This document shows, in pieces, positions 55,363 through 62,754 of a stretch of DNA of 62,754 nt; position 1 is the first letter of the stretch; the number at the start of each line of letters is the position of its first letter. Under the pieces are notes generated by a model. The model searched no databases and had not been told where the DNA came from. It saw only the letters and a list, made by a program, of their open reading frames with translations. A program made the translations under genes and the position numbers. The stretch is from a virus (lineage: Duplodnaviria; Caudoviricetes): the IMG/VR virus record IMGVR_UViG_3300012936_000011, positions 1 through 62,754 of that record; one strand, 5' to 3'.

Positions 55363-55390
55363 AAATAGGCCCTCAGGGGCCTATTTTTTT
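55363..55390 (+). terminator. Rho-independent terminator
   Basis: AAATAGGCCC-TCAG-GGGCCTATTTTTTT. Confidence 0.9.
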
Positions 55391-55391
55391 G

Positions 55392-55399
55392 AGTAAATA
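55392..55399 (+). promoter_or_regulatory. Late promoter variant AGTAAATA, near-leaderless terminase transcript
   Basis: Directly after the terminator; TAAATA-7 nt-ATG(55407); no SD. Confidence 0.55.
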
Positions 55400-55406
55400 G
55401 TTTACA

Positions 55407-56999
55407 ATGGCAAATAAAAGTTTAGATGGCGTATTAACCAAAAAAGCACATACACGTGAACAGTTTACCAATGAACAAATTGGAGACTTGTCTAATTGTA
55501 TGGATCCGCATGAAGGTTATTTAAATTTTGCAAAAACATTTGCGTACATTCAACATCCTGTAAAAGGCAAGTTGTTGTTTGAACCATATGACTATCAAGT
55601 AGAATTAATGAAAAGTTATCATGACCATAGATTTAATGTTAATATGCTTCCAAGACAAACAGGTAAAACAACTTGTGCCGCAGTTTATCTAACTTGGTAC
55701 GCTATGTTTCATCCAGACCAGACTATACTTATTGCGGCTCACAAGTATTCAGGCGCACAAGAAATTATGCAACGTATAAGATATGTTTATGAAATGTGTC
55801 CTGATCATGTTAGAGCAGGTGTTATAAATTATAACAAAGGTTCAATAGAATTTGAAAATGGTAGTAGAATTGTAAGTGCAACTACAACAGGTAACACTGG
55901 TAGAGGTATGTCTATATCATTACTATACTGTGATGAGTTTGCATTTGTTAATCCTAATATAGCAGAAGAATTTTGGACTTCTATATCTCCTACACTTGCA
56001 ACAGGTGGTCGTGCTATTATTACAAGTACACCAAACTCAGACGAAGATACATTTGCAGTTATCTGGAAAGAGTCGCAAAATAAATTTGATGCTAACGGTA
56101 ACGAACAAGAGTTAGGTTCAAACGGATTTCATGGATACACTGTAGGCTGGGAAGCACACCCAGATAGAGATGAAGAATGGAAAGAAACAGAAATAGGACG
56201 TATTGGCGAAGAAAGATTTAGACGTGAGTATGGTTGTGAATTCCTTGTATTCGATGAAACACTTATTAATAGTATAAAACTTGCTTCACTGCAAGGTGTT
56301 GATCCAATGGAGAATATGGGACAAACACGTTGGTATAAAAAATTAGATAAAAAAATGACATACAGCATTTCACTTGATCCTGCAATGGGTACAGGTGGAG
56401 ACTATGCCGCAATCCAAGTATTTGAATTACCAAGTTATTCACAAGTTGCAGAATGGCGACACAATCAAACAGCAATACCAGGACAAGTAAGAATATTAAA
56501 AGACATTGCAAATTATATTAATGATTTTTGTCAAGCACCTGCGGCAAACAATATATACTGGAGTGTTGAAAACAATAGTATTGGTGAAGCAGTACTAATT
56601 GTAATAAATGATGTAGGCGAAGAAAATATACCAGGATTATTTGTAAGTGAGCCTATTAGAAAAGGACATATTAGAAAATTTAGGAAAGGATTTAATACAA
56701 CGCATAGAACAAAAATTAGTGCTTGTTCAAAACTTAAAAACATGATTGAAAATGACAAAATGTCTATCAAAAGTAAAGCACTAATATCAGAACTTAAGGC
56801 ATTTGTAGCAAGTGGTACTGGATATAAAGCAAAAACAGGCGAAACAGATGATCTTGTTAGTGCTGTGCTGTTGAATATTCGCATGATGGGCGTTTTAAAG
56901 GATTGGGATCCACGGGTTTACAACTCTTTTCGCTCAACTGACGGTGATGATGACGATTATGACCCACCTATGCCAATATTTGTAACAGGCGTTTATTAG
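55407..56999 (+). CDS. gp17: Terminase large subunit
   Basis: Walker A LPRQTGKT, Walker B LLYCDEFAF, motif III ITSTPN, nuclease acidic residues SLDPAMG..GDY, VENN..G, DDLV. Confidence 0.95.
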   Translation: MANKSLDGVLTKKAHTREQFTNEQIGDLSNCMDPHEGYLNFAKTFAYIQHPVKGKLLFEPYDYQVELMKSYHDHRFNVNMLPRQTGKTTCAAVYLTWYAMFHPDQTILIAAHKYSGAQEIMQRIRYVYEMCPDHVRAGVINYNKGSIEFENGSRIVSATTTGNTGRGMSISLLYCDEFAFVNPNIAEEFWTSISPTLATGGRAIITSTPNSDEDTFAVIWKESQNKFDANGNEQELGSNGFHGYTVGWEAHPDRDEEWKETEIGRIGEERFRREYGCEFLVFDETLINSIKLASLQGVDPMENMGQTRWYKKLDKKMTYSISLDPAMGTGGDYAAIQVFELPSYSQVAEWRHNQTAIPGQVRILKDIANYINDFCQAPAANNIYWSVENNSIGEAVLIVINDVGEENIPGLFVSEPIRKGHIRKFRKGFNTTHRTKISACSKLKNMIENDKMSIKSKALISELKAFVASGTGYKAKTGETDDLVSAVLLNIRMMGVLKDWDPRVYNSFRSTDGDDDDYDPPMPIFVTGVY

Positions 57000-57006
57000 A
57001 TAAATA
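56999..57006 (+). promoter_or_regulatory. Late promoter GATAAATA, leaderless
   Basis: GATAAATA-TTAAT-ATG(57012); no SD. Confidence 0.65.
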
Positions 57007-57011
57007 TTAAT

Positions 57012-58988
57012 ATGATAAACTTGGAGAAAATTGCAGAAGAACTGTTTAACAAGATTCGTGGACGTTATCCGTCAATTACCATTGGTGATGATGAATCTAC
57101 TATTACTAATGTTCCTTCTAAAGCACGATTTTTTGACTTTGACTTTAAAGAAGGAGTTAAAGTAAGTGTAACATTAGACGAAAACAGTTTAACAATGCTA
57201 TATAACAACGACTTAATTGAAAAGAGCGAAGATACTGTAAGAAGTAACTGGTACAATTTTATGAAAGAAATGCGTACATTTGCAAAGAAGCGTATGTTAA
57301 ATTTTGACACAAGAGATATAACAAAATCAAATTTAGATAAAAGAGATTATCAATATCTATCTACAAACAGACCCGGAGAAAATACAATGAGTGAAAGTAA
57401 AATGTACGGAACTTCGAAAACAAGTTTCCAAGACATTGGTAATGCAAAGTTGATTGTTAAGCATAGAGGCCCAGTTGACTTTGAAAATCCAGCAGGAAGA
57501 ACACATAACATAGACAGCATTTATATAGAAAGTGCTGAAGGAGAAAGATACAAGTATCCTTACAGACATCTTAATGGTGCAAGAGCAATGGCTACACACG
57601 TAAGTGAAGGCGGAAAACAGTATGACGATTTTGGAAAGCACATCGTATCACTCAGCGAAGAACTTTCTAAATTACGTACATTTAAAACTTACATGAATCG
57701 TTCAGCAGTAATGGCAGAGGGTCTTGCCGGATACATGGACATTGTGAACAATAGAATTGATACAGTAAAAGAAACAGTTCATAAATTACAAAGAGAAAAC
57801 TTTTATAAAGAAGCATTTGAAAACTTTGAATCTAAAGTGCTTGAAGAAGTTCCAGAAGATGTAAGTTCTAATTGGATTGATGAATTAACTATCAAACAAT
57901 TTAACGAAGATTTAAAAAGTGTATTTCCTTACATTTACAATCTTGTTAAAGAGAACACAAAGACTACACAAGTTTCACCAGAAGATTTATTAGGTGAAGA
58001 TGAAATAGAAGAAGGTGCAGTCAAAAGAGCAATGGAAGATGATGCTGAAAGCATGAGTAAAGAAGAGTTTATGAAAAAGCATGGTGGACCAAACGCAGAC
58101 GATGAAGGCGCATCTGAATTCTACGACAACTATAATGGCACTGAAGACGAAAGTCTTGATATGGAAAATAACTTTGCTTCACACTTAGACAATGTAATTG
58201 CAACGTCTAAACATGAGCAAGGTCCAAACGAAGTATCAAGCATGGGTATGAACAAATACGGACTTGCGGCTAAAAAAGAAGGCGGTAAATTTATTTCTTA
58301 CAAAGATGGTGAAGTAACAGGTGAGTTTGATTCAATGGAAGAACTTGCTAAACATCAACAAGAACTAATACAAGATGAGTCAGCAACTTTTGAAGGAAAT
58401 GAGTTTGCACAAAAAGTACGTGAACTTAAAGCCAAAGGTGCAAAGCCAGGAACTAAATTTAAAACATCAGATGGTGAAGAACACACATTAGAATCAGCAA
58501 TTGAAGCGGCTGGTTTAGATATTTTAGAATTTTGGTCAGAAGACGAACTTGAAGAAAGTGGCATTATGTACAAAGCAGGCGTTAAAAAATATGGCAAGGA
58601 CGGAATGAAAAAGATCCAAAGTGCCGCTGGTAAAGGTGCAAGTGCAGAAGAAATTGGCAAAATTAAAGATCAACATAATAAGAAAAAAGAATCTGATGAT
58701 GACACAATGGATGTCAAAATGACACCAGACGGAGGCATTCAGAAAGTAGATGCACAGGACAAGTTACATCAAAAGGAAGAAGAATTACCTTTAGAAGAGT
58801 TTATCAAAGGACACTTTGATTACACTACTAATCAATTCCCTAAAGGTGAAACGGCTGTAATGACAGCAGTTGAAAAGAAGTATGGTGAAGAAGCAATTAG
58901 AAATGCAACTGAAATCATGCAGGAGTTGGTTACAAATCAAGACGAAGAGATGAATAGAATCAAAACTTTAGCAGGTTTGGAATACTAA
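57012..58988 (+). CDS. Large acidic late protein of unknown function (possible head-core/internal protein)
   Basis: 658 aa; globular-looking N-terminal half, acidic modular C-terminal half ending RIKTLAGL. Confidence 0.6.
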   Translation: MINLEKIAEELFNKIRGRYPSITIGDDESTITNVPSKARFFDFDFKEGVKVSVTLDENSLTMLYNNDLIEKSEDTVRSNWYNFMKEMRTFAKKRMLNFDTRDITKSNLDKRDYQYLSTNRPGENTMSESKMYGTSKTSFQDIGNAKLIVKHRGPVDFENPAGRTHNIDSIYIESAEGERYKYPYRHLNGARAMATHVSEGGKQYDDFGKHIVSLSEELSKLRTFKTYMNRSAVMAEGLAGYMDIVNNRIDTVKETVHKLQRENFYKEAFENFESKVLEEVPEDVSSNWIDELTIKQFNEDLKSVFPYIYNLVKENTKTTQVSPEDLLGEDEIEEGAVKRAMEDDAESMSKEEFMKKHGGPNADDEGASEFYDNYNGTEDESLDMENNFASHLDNVIATSKHEQGPNEVSSMGMNKYGLAAKKEGGKFISYKDGEVTGEFDSMEELAKHQQELIQDESATFEGNEFAQKVRELKAKGAKPGTKFKTSDGEEHTLESAIEAAGLDILEFWSEDELEESGIMYKAGVKKYGKDGMKKIQSAAGKGASAEEIGKIKDQHNKKKESDDDTMDVKMTPDGGIQKVDAQDKLHQKEEELPLEEFIKGHFDYTTNQFPKGETAVMTAVEKKYGEEAIRNATEIMQELVTNQDEEMNRIKTLAGLEY

Positions 58989-59012
58989 TTCACTTTTTTG
59001 ATAAAGTTTCAC

Positions 59013-59041
59013 TTGACTTTATAAGTAAGTTTGTGTATAGT
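59013..59041 (+). promoter_or_regulatory. Sigma70-type early/middle promoter
   Basis: TTGACT-17 nt-TATAGT; shares the TCACTTGAC context with the promoter at 46148. Confidence 0.75.
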
Positions 59042-59106
59042 ATATATTATGTGCTACACACAATCAAGGCACACAACAGCCAAAGGCAAATATAGGAGGC
59101 TTAATT

Positions 59107-60114
59107 ATGGCAACACTCGCAGAAATTAGAGCGAAACTTAAAGAACAGGAATCACGCACAGGTGGTTCTGATAATCGAAGCGGCGGCGACAACGCAATTT
59201 ACCCATTTTGGAACTTGAAGGAAGGCGAACAGTCAACTGTACGTTTCTTACCTGATGGTGACACAAGTGCGGATTTCTTTTGGAAAGAACGTTTGATGAT
59301 CAAACTTCCTTTCGCAGGAATCAAGGGTGAAACTGACAGCAGACCAGTTCAAGTACAAGTACCATGTATGGAAATGTATGGTGATTCTTGTCCAATCTTG
59401 AGCGAAGTACGTGGTTGGTTTAAAGATCCATCACTTGAAGATATGGGAAGAAAGTATTGGAAGAAAAGAAGTTACATCTTCCAAGGCTTTGTAACAGAGA
59501 ATGGTCTTAACGAAGACTCTACTCCAGAAAATCCAATTCGTAGATTTATTATTGGTCCACAAATTTTCCAACTTATTAAATCTGCATTAATGGATCCAGA
59601 TATGGAGGAACTACCAACAGATTACACTTCAGGTGTAGACTTTAGAATTATTAAAACTTCTAAAGGTGGTTATGCAGACTATTCAACTTCTAACTGGGCT
59701 CGTAGAGAGCGTCCACTTACAGACGAAGAAAAAGCATCAGTTGACAAGCATGGCTTGTTTAACTTGAATGACTTCCTTCCGAAGAAGCCAGGTGATGTTG
59801 AAGTAAAAGTTATGCAGGATATGTTCCAAGCATCCGTAGATGGTGAGGCATATGATGCAGAACGTTTTGGTCAGTATTTCCGTCCAGCGGGAATGGCGGC
59901 AAGAACAGGTGATCCAAATGCGGCGGCAAGTAAAAATGCAACTGCAACAAGTCAAAGTGCTCCGGCAACTGAGACTGCTCCTGCTCCAGCGGCAACTGAG
60001 GCTCCAGTAGCACAGGCAGAAACTGCTCCGGCGGCAACTGCAACGGCGGCTCCAGCAACTGACAACAAAGCGGAAGACATTTTAGCAATGATCCGCAATC
60101 GTCAAAACGGTTAA
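59107..60114 (+). CDS. gp32: Single-stranded DNA-binding protein (T4 gp32-like)
   Basis: VRFLPD, C......CPI, YWKKRSY, IGPQIF, TD...G.DF...KT.KG.YADY..S; Ala/Pro/Thr linker and acidic tail; upstream of uvsX. Confidence 0.88.
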   Translation: MATLAEIRAKLKEQESRTGGSDNRSGGDNAIYPFWNLKEGEQSTVRFLPDGDTSADFFWKERLMIKLPFAGIKGETDSRPVQVQVPCMEMYGDSCPILSEVRGWFKDPSLEDMGRKYWKKRSYIFQGFVTENGLNEDSTPENPIRRFIIGPQIFQLIKSALMDPDMEELPTDYTSGVDFRIIKTSKGGYADYSTSNWARRERPLTDEEKASVDKHGLFNLNDFLPKKPGDVEVKVMQDMFQASVDGEAYDAERFGQYFRPAGMAARTGDPNAAASKNATATSQSAPATETAPAPAATEAPVAQAETAPAATATAAPATDNKAEDILAMIRNRQNG

Positions 60115-60123
60115 TAGAAGTGT

Positions 60124-60147
60124 AGTAGGGGTGTAACAGCCCCTACT
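60124..60147 (+). terminator. Intergenic hairpin (weak terminator or mRNA-stabilising stem)
   Basis: AGTAGGGG-8 nt-CCCCTACT with only a poor U-tract. Confidence 0.5.
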
Positions 60148-60165
60148 TAATATTAAGGAGATACA

Positions 60166-61248
60166 ATGGCTAATAAAGCATTTGACGTTTCTAAGTTTCG
60201 TAAAAACTTAACTAAATCGATCACAGGAATGAGTGCAGGATTTAATGATCCGACTGATTGGATTAGTACAGGAAACTATGCACTCAATTATCTTGTAAGT
60301 GGTGACTTCCATAAAGGTGTTCCGCTTGGTAAGGTAACAGTATTTGCAGGCGAATCAGGCGCAGGTAAATCTTATATTTGTGCAGGTAACATTGTTAAGG
60401 CCGCACAAGAACAAGGTATCTTTGTAGTACTTGTTGACTCAGAGAATGCCCTTGATGAAAGTTGGCTACACGCATTAGGTGTTGACACAAGTGAAAGTAA
60501 ATTACTTAAACTTAATATGTCAATGATTGATGATGTTGCAAAAACAGTTTCAACATTTATGGATGATTACAAAGCAATGGACGAACAAGAACGTCCTAAA
60601 GTATTGTTTGTAATTGACTCATTGGGTATGTTGTTGACTCCAACAGACGTTGACCAGTTTAATAAAGGTGATATGAAGGGTGACATGGGTAGAAAACCTA
60701 AGGCACTTACTGCACTTGTAAGAAACTGTGTTAATATGTTTGGTTCACACAACGTAGGACTTGTAGCAACTAATCATACATATGCATCGCAGGATATGTT
60801 TGATCCAGATGATAAGATTAGTGGTGGACAAGGATTTATATATGCTTCAAGTATTGTAGTAGCAATGAAAAAATTGAAACTAAAAGAAGATGAAGCAGGT
60901 AATAAGATTAGCGAAGTGCGTGGTATCAGAGCAGGTTGTAAAGTAATGAAGACTCGTTATGCAAAACCTTTTGAAGGCGTACAAGTTAAAATTCCTTATG
61001 AAACAGGTATGAACCCTTATAGTGGACTTGTTGATTTGTTTGAAAAGAAAAATATGCTTGTCAAAGATGGTAACAGACTAAAATATGTTTCAAGTGCTGG
61101 CGAAGAAATTAAAGAATATCGCAAGGCATGGGAAGCAGGCGGTGACCTACTTGACAAAGTCATGATTGACTTTGCTAAACAATCCGATGAGGTAACTACA
61201 GAAGAAGACACACCTGTCGAAGAAGTAGAACCAGTTACTGAGGAGTAG
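60166..61248 (+). CDS. uvsX: RecA-like recombinase
   Basis: ISTGNYALN, GESGAGKS, DSENALD, VIDSLG, TNHTY, SGGQG..Y.SS. Confidence 0.93.
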   Translation: MANKAFDVSKFRKNLTKSITGMSAGFNDPTDWISTGNYALNYLVSGDFHKGVPLGKVTVFAGESGAGKSYICAGNIVKAAQEQGIFVVLVDSENALDESWLHALGVDTSESKLLKLNMSMIDDVAKTVSTFMDDYKAMDEQERPKVLFVIDSLGMLLTPTDVDQFNKGDMKGDMGRKPKALTALVRNCVNMFGSHNVGLVATNHTYASQDMFDPDDKISGGQGFIYASSIVVAMKKLKLKEDEAGNKISEVRGIRAGCKVMKTRYAKPFEGVQVKIPYETGMNPYSGLVDLFEKKNMLVKDGNRLKYVSSAGEEIKEYRKAWEAGGDLLDKVMIDFAKQSDEVTTEEDTPVEEVEPVTEE

Positions 61249-61253
61249 TATAT

Positions 61254-61481
61254 ATGGACAGTTCACAAGTTGTAGATACATGGAATCTTTTTAAAGAGCA
61301 TACAGACAAAAAACATCTTGAAACACTTGCAGAAAGATATATTGATCTTTTGGCAGACTATGGTGTAAGTGATGAGGCTCTGAAAGAATCTTTAGGAACG
61401 TGTGATCATTTAGATGCGGCAATTAATTACTATCTGGATATCGACGAAGAATTAACTGCCGACGATGACGACTGGGATTAA
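61254..61481 (+). CDS. Small acidic hypothetical protein
   Basis: 75 aa, SD GAGGAG, between uvsX and uvsY. Confidence 0.65.
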   Translation: MDSSQVVDTWNLFKEHTDKKHLETLAERYIDLLADYGVSDEALKESLGTCDHLDAAINYYLDIDEELTADDDDWD

Positions 61482-61483
61482 TT

Positions 61484-61936
61484 ATGTGGTATAGTAAAAT
61501 ATCAAAAGATATTAGCCATATACCAGATGCAGTCAAATACTATGAAGACGAATTGGTTGAAGCGAAGAAGGAAGTTCGAATCTATGGTAACATAGAAAAG
61601 GCGGCGGCAACAATGCCTGGACTTGTTGAGCATCGCTTCAACCAACTTCAAGAGTTAGAAGCAATATTAGAATATCTTAATATTGAACTAAGAAGATTAA
61701 GAAGCAGTTTTTTTAAAAAGTATCTTGAAAATTATCAACGTGCATTGAGTAGCAGAGACGTAGAAAAGTATGTAGACGGCGAAGCAGATGTAGTTGATTA
61801 TGAAAAAATTATTAATGAGTTTGCTCTTATGCGTAACAAGTATTTAGGTATTTGTAAAGGACTTGATCAAAAGCAATGGCAAATTACTAATATTACAAAA
61901 CTAAGAGTAGCAGGAATGGAAGACGCATCAGTATGA
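61484..61936 (+). CDS. uvsY: Recombination mediator
   Basis: Helical 150-aa protein; L...DVEKYVDGE.D, KGLD.K.WQI.NI.KLR.AG; position after uvsX. Confidence 0.8.
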   Translation: MWYSKISKDISHIPDAVKYYEDELVEAKKEVRIYGNIEKAAATMPGLVEHRFNQLQELEAILEYLNIELRRLRSSFFKKYLENYQRALSSRDVEKYVDGEADVVDYEKIINEFALMRNKYLGICKGLDQKQWQITNITKLRVAGMEDASV

Positions 61937-62643
61937 AGCAGTTAAACAATGGTTGGTGGGTTCCGGACAGTGAAATAAAAATCACAAGTCATGTTGCTGA
62001 TAACGAAGATCAAAATAACCCAACCTATGAACAACGTGTAAGAGACAAAGTAAAAGATAACATTACAGAATTTAAAACTTTTGTTGACGTTGGTGCTAAT
62101 ATTGGTATCTGGGCATATCCATTTAAAGATTTATTTGAAAACGTAATTTGTTATGAACCAAGTCCACGTAATTTAGAGTGTCTACGCAAAAATATGCAAG
62201 GCACTGTTGACATACGTGAATATGGTCTTGGTAATGAAAACAAAGAGGCAGAATTTGTAGATAGTGCAGACAACTGCGGTAATGCACATATTGTAGACAA
62301 AAAGAAAAAACATTCATATACAATTAGAGTAAAAAAATTAGATGACGAAAATTTACAGTCATGTAGTTTAATTAAAATTGATGTGCAAGGCTATGAATGG
62401 CCTGTGATACAAGGTGCAAAAAACACAATAGAAAAGTTTAGACCATGGGTAGTGTTTGAACCTAATCAAGACGTAAATGAAATGATTGCTTACTTTCATA
62501 GTTTAAGATATCATCCTATTTTAGTAAAAAGCAAAACGTGTTATATATTTGCTCCAGAAGAAAATACTGCACAGGACATTGTAGGTCTTAATGCATATCA
62601 ACAAAAAATTGATGTCATTAGAGAACTATACAATGAGTATTAA
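61933..62643 (+). CDS. FkbM-family SAM-dependent methyltransferase
   Basis: FVDVGANIG, YEPS..N, LIKIDVQGYE..VIQGA..TI....P....E. Confidence 0.88.
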   Translation: MKQLNNGWWVPDSEIKITSHVADNEDQNNPTYEQRVRDKVKDNITEFKTFVDVGANIGIWAYPFKDLFENVICYEPSPRNLECLRKNMQGTVDIREYGLGNENKEAEFVDSADNCGNAHIVDKKKKHSYTIRVKKLDDENLQSCSLIKIDVQGYEWPVIQGAKNTIEKFRPWVVFEPNQDVNEMIAYFHSLRYHPILVKSKTCYIFAPEENTAQDIVGLNAYQQKIDVIRELYNEY

Positions 62644-62754
62644 ACACGAAGCAACACATTGGCACAAAAAGAAGTTAGGTACTTGGCCTGACATAGATAA
62701 TCCAAAAACATTCAATGAAAAAATTGCTTGGTTGAAAATCTACGATCAAGACAA
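62633..62754 (+). CDS. TupA-like ATP-grasp amidoligase, 3'-truncated by the window end
   Basis: My translation: MSIKHEATHWHKKKLGTWPDIDNPKTFNEKIAWLKIYDQD. NPKTFNEKI.WLK.YD is the typical N-terminal motif of TupA-like ATP-grasp proteins. Confidence 0.7.
   Translation, partial: MSIKHEATHWHKKKLGTWPDIDNPKTFNEKIAWLKIYDQD

Noticed and set aside
59042-59106. T4-like autoregulatory pseudoknot in the gp32 leader
   Set aside because: Only short stems (TGTGC/GCACA, GCC/GGC) are visible, which is not enough to support a defined structure.
59930-60065. GC-rich quasi-repeat (GCTCCRGCRGCAACT) near the end of gp32
   Set aside because: It encodes an ordinary Ala/Pro/Thr low-complexity linker.
55407-61248. 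Inteins or introns in the terminase, gp32 or uvsX genes
   Set aside because: Lengths are ordinary, motifs are contiguous, and no splice-junction or LAGLIDADG motifs were seen.
118-62323. Dozens of 60-190-aa antisense and alternate-frame ORFs in the track (e.g. 17358..17942 minus, 51968..52354 minus, 43857..44186 plus)
   Set aside because: They lie within or opposite long, motif-bearing genes, show no recognisable motifs, and are expected shadows of biased codon usage.
1-62754. tRNA or rRNA genes, and assignment as a cyanophage
   Set aside because: No intergenic gap shows a cloverleaf. No photosynthesis or other host-diagnostic gene is in the window, so the host cannot be named despite the phycobiliprotein-like modules.

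Overview
This 62.8-kb, AT-rich window comes from a large T4-related myophage and is almost entirely coding. It has four blocks. (1) About 38 kb of giant, paralogous, modular virion fibre/appendage genes, three Cys/Gly-rich tip-like proteins with tail-assembly chaperones, and an embedded late modification cassette (nitrilase, GT9 heptosyltransferase-like protein, two SGNH-like proteins, carbamoyltransferase). (2) A minus-strand late operon: gp14, small membrane ORF, gp15, NUDIX, hldE, hldD, hypothetical, cupin. (3) Core morphogenesis genes (gp13, gp18, gp19, gp4, gp16, gp17) plus a dNMP kinase. (4) The start of a replication/recombination block (gp32, uvsX, uvsY), then FkbM and a TupA-like ATP-grasp gene. 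T4-type late promoters (xxTAAATA) precede most structural genes, several apparently giving leaderless mRNAs. The most striking observation is four helical domains inserted in two giant virion proteins that align by eye with phycobiliprotein subunits; two keep the bilin-attachment Cys-x-Arg-Asp motif. Other highlights are cupredoxin-like fibre domains with intact Cu ligands, a putative virion heptosylation/carbamoylation system, a structured riboswitch-like leader, and apparent avoidance of GCWGC and AGCT. All family calls come from motif recognition by eye; no searches were run and the host is unknown.
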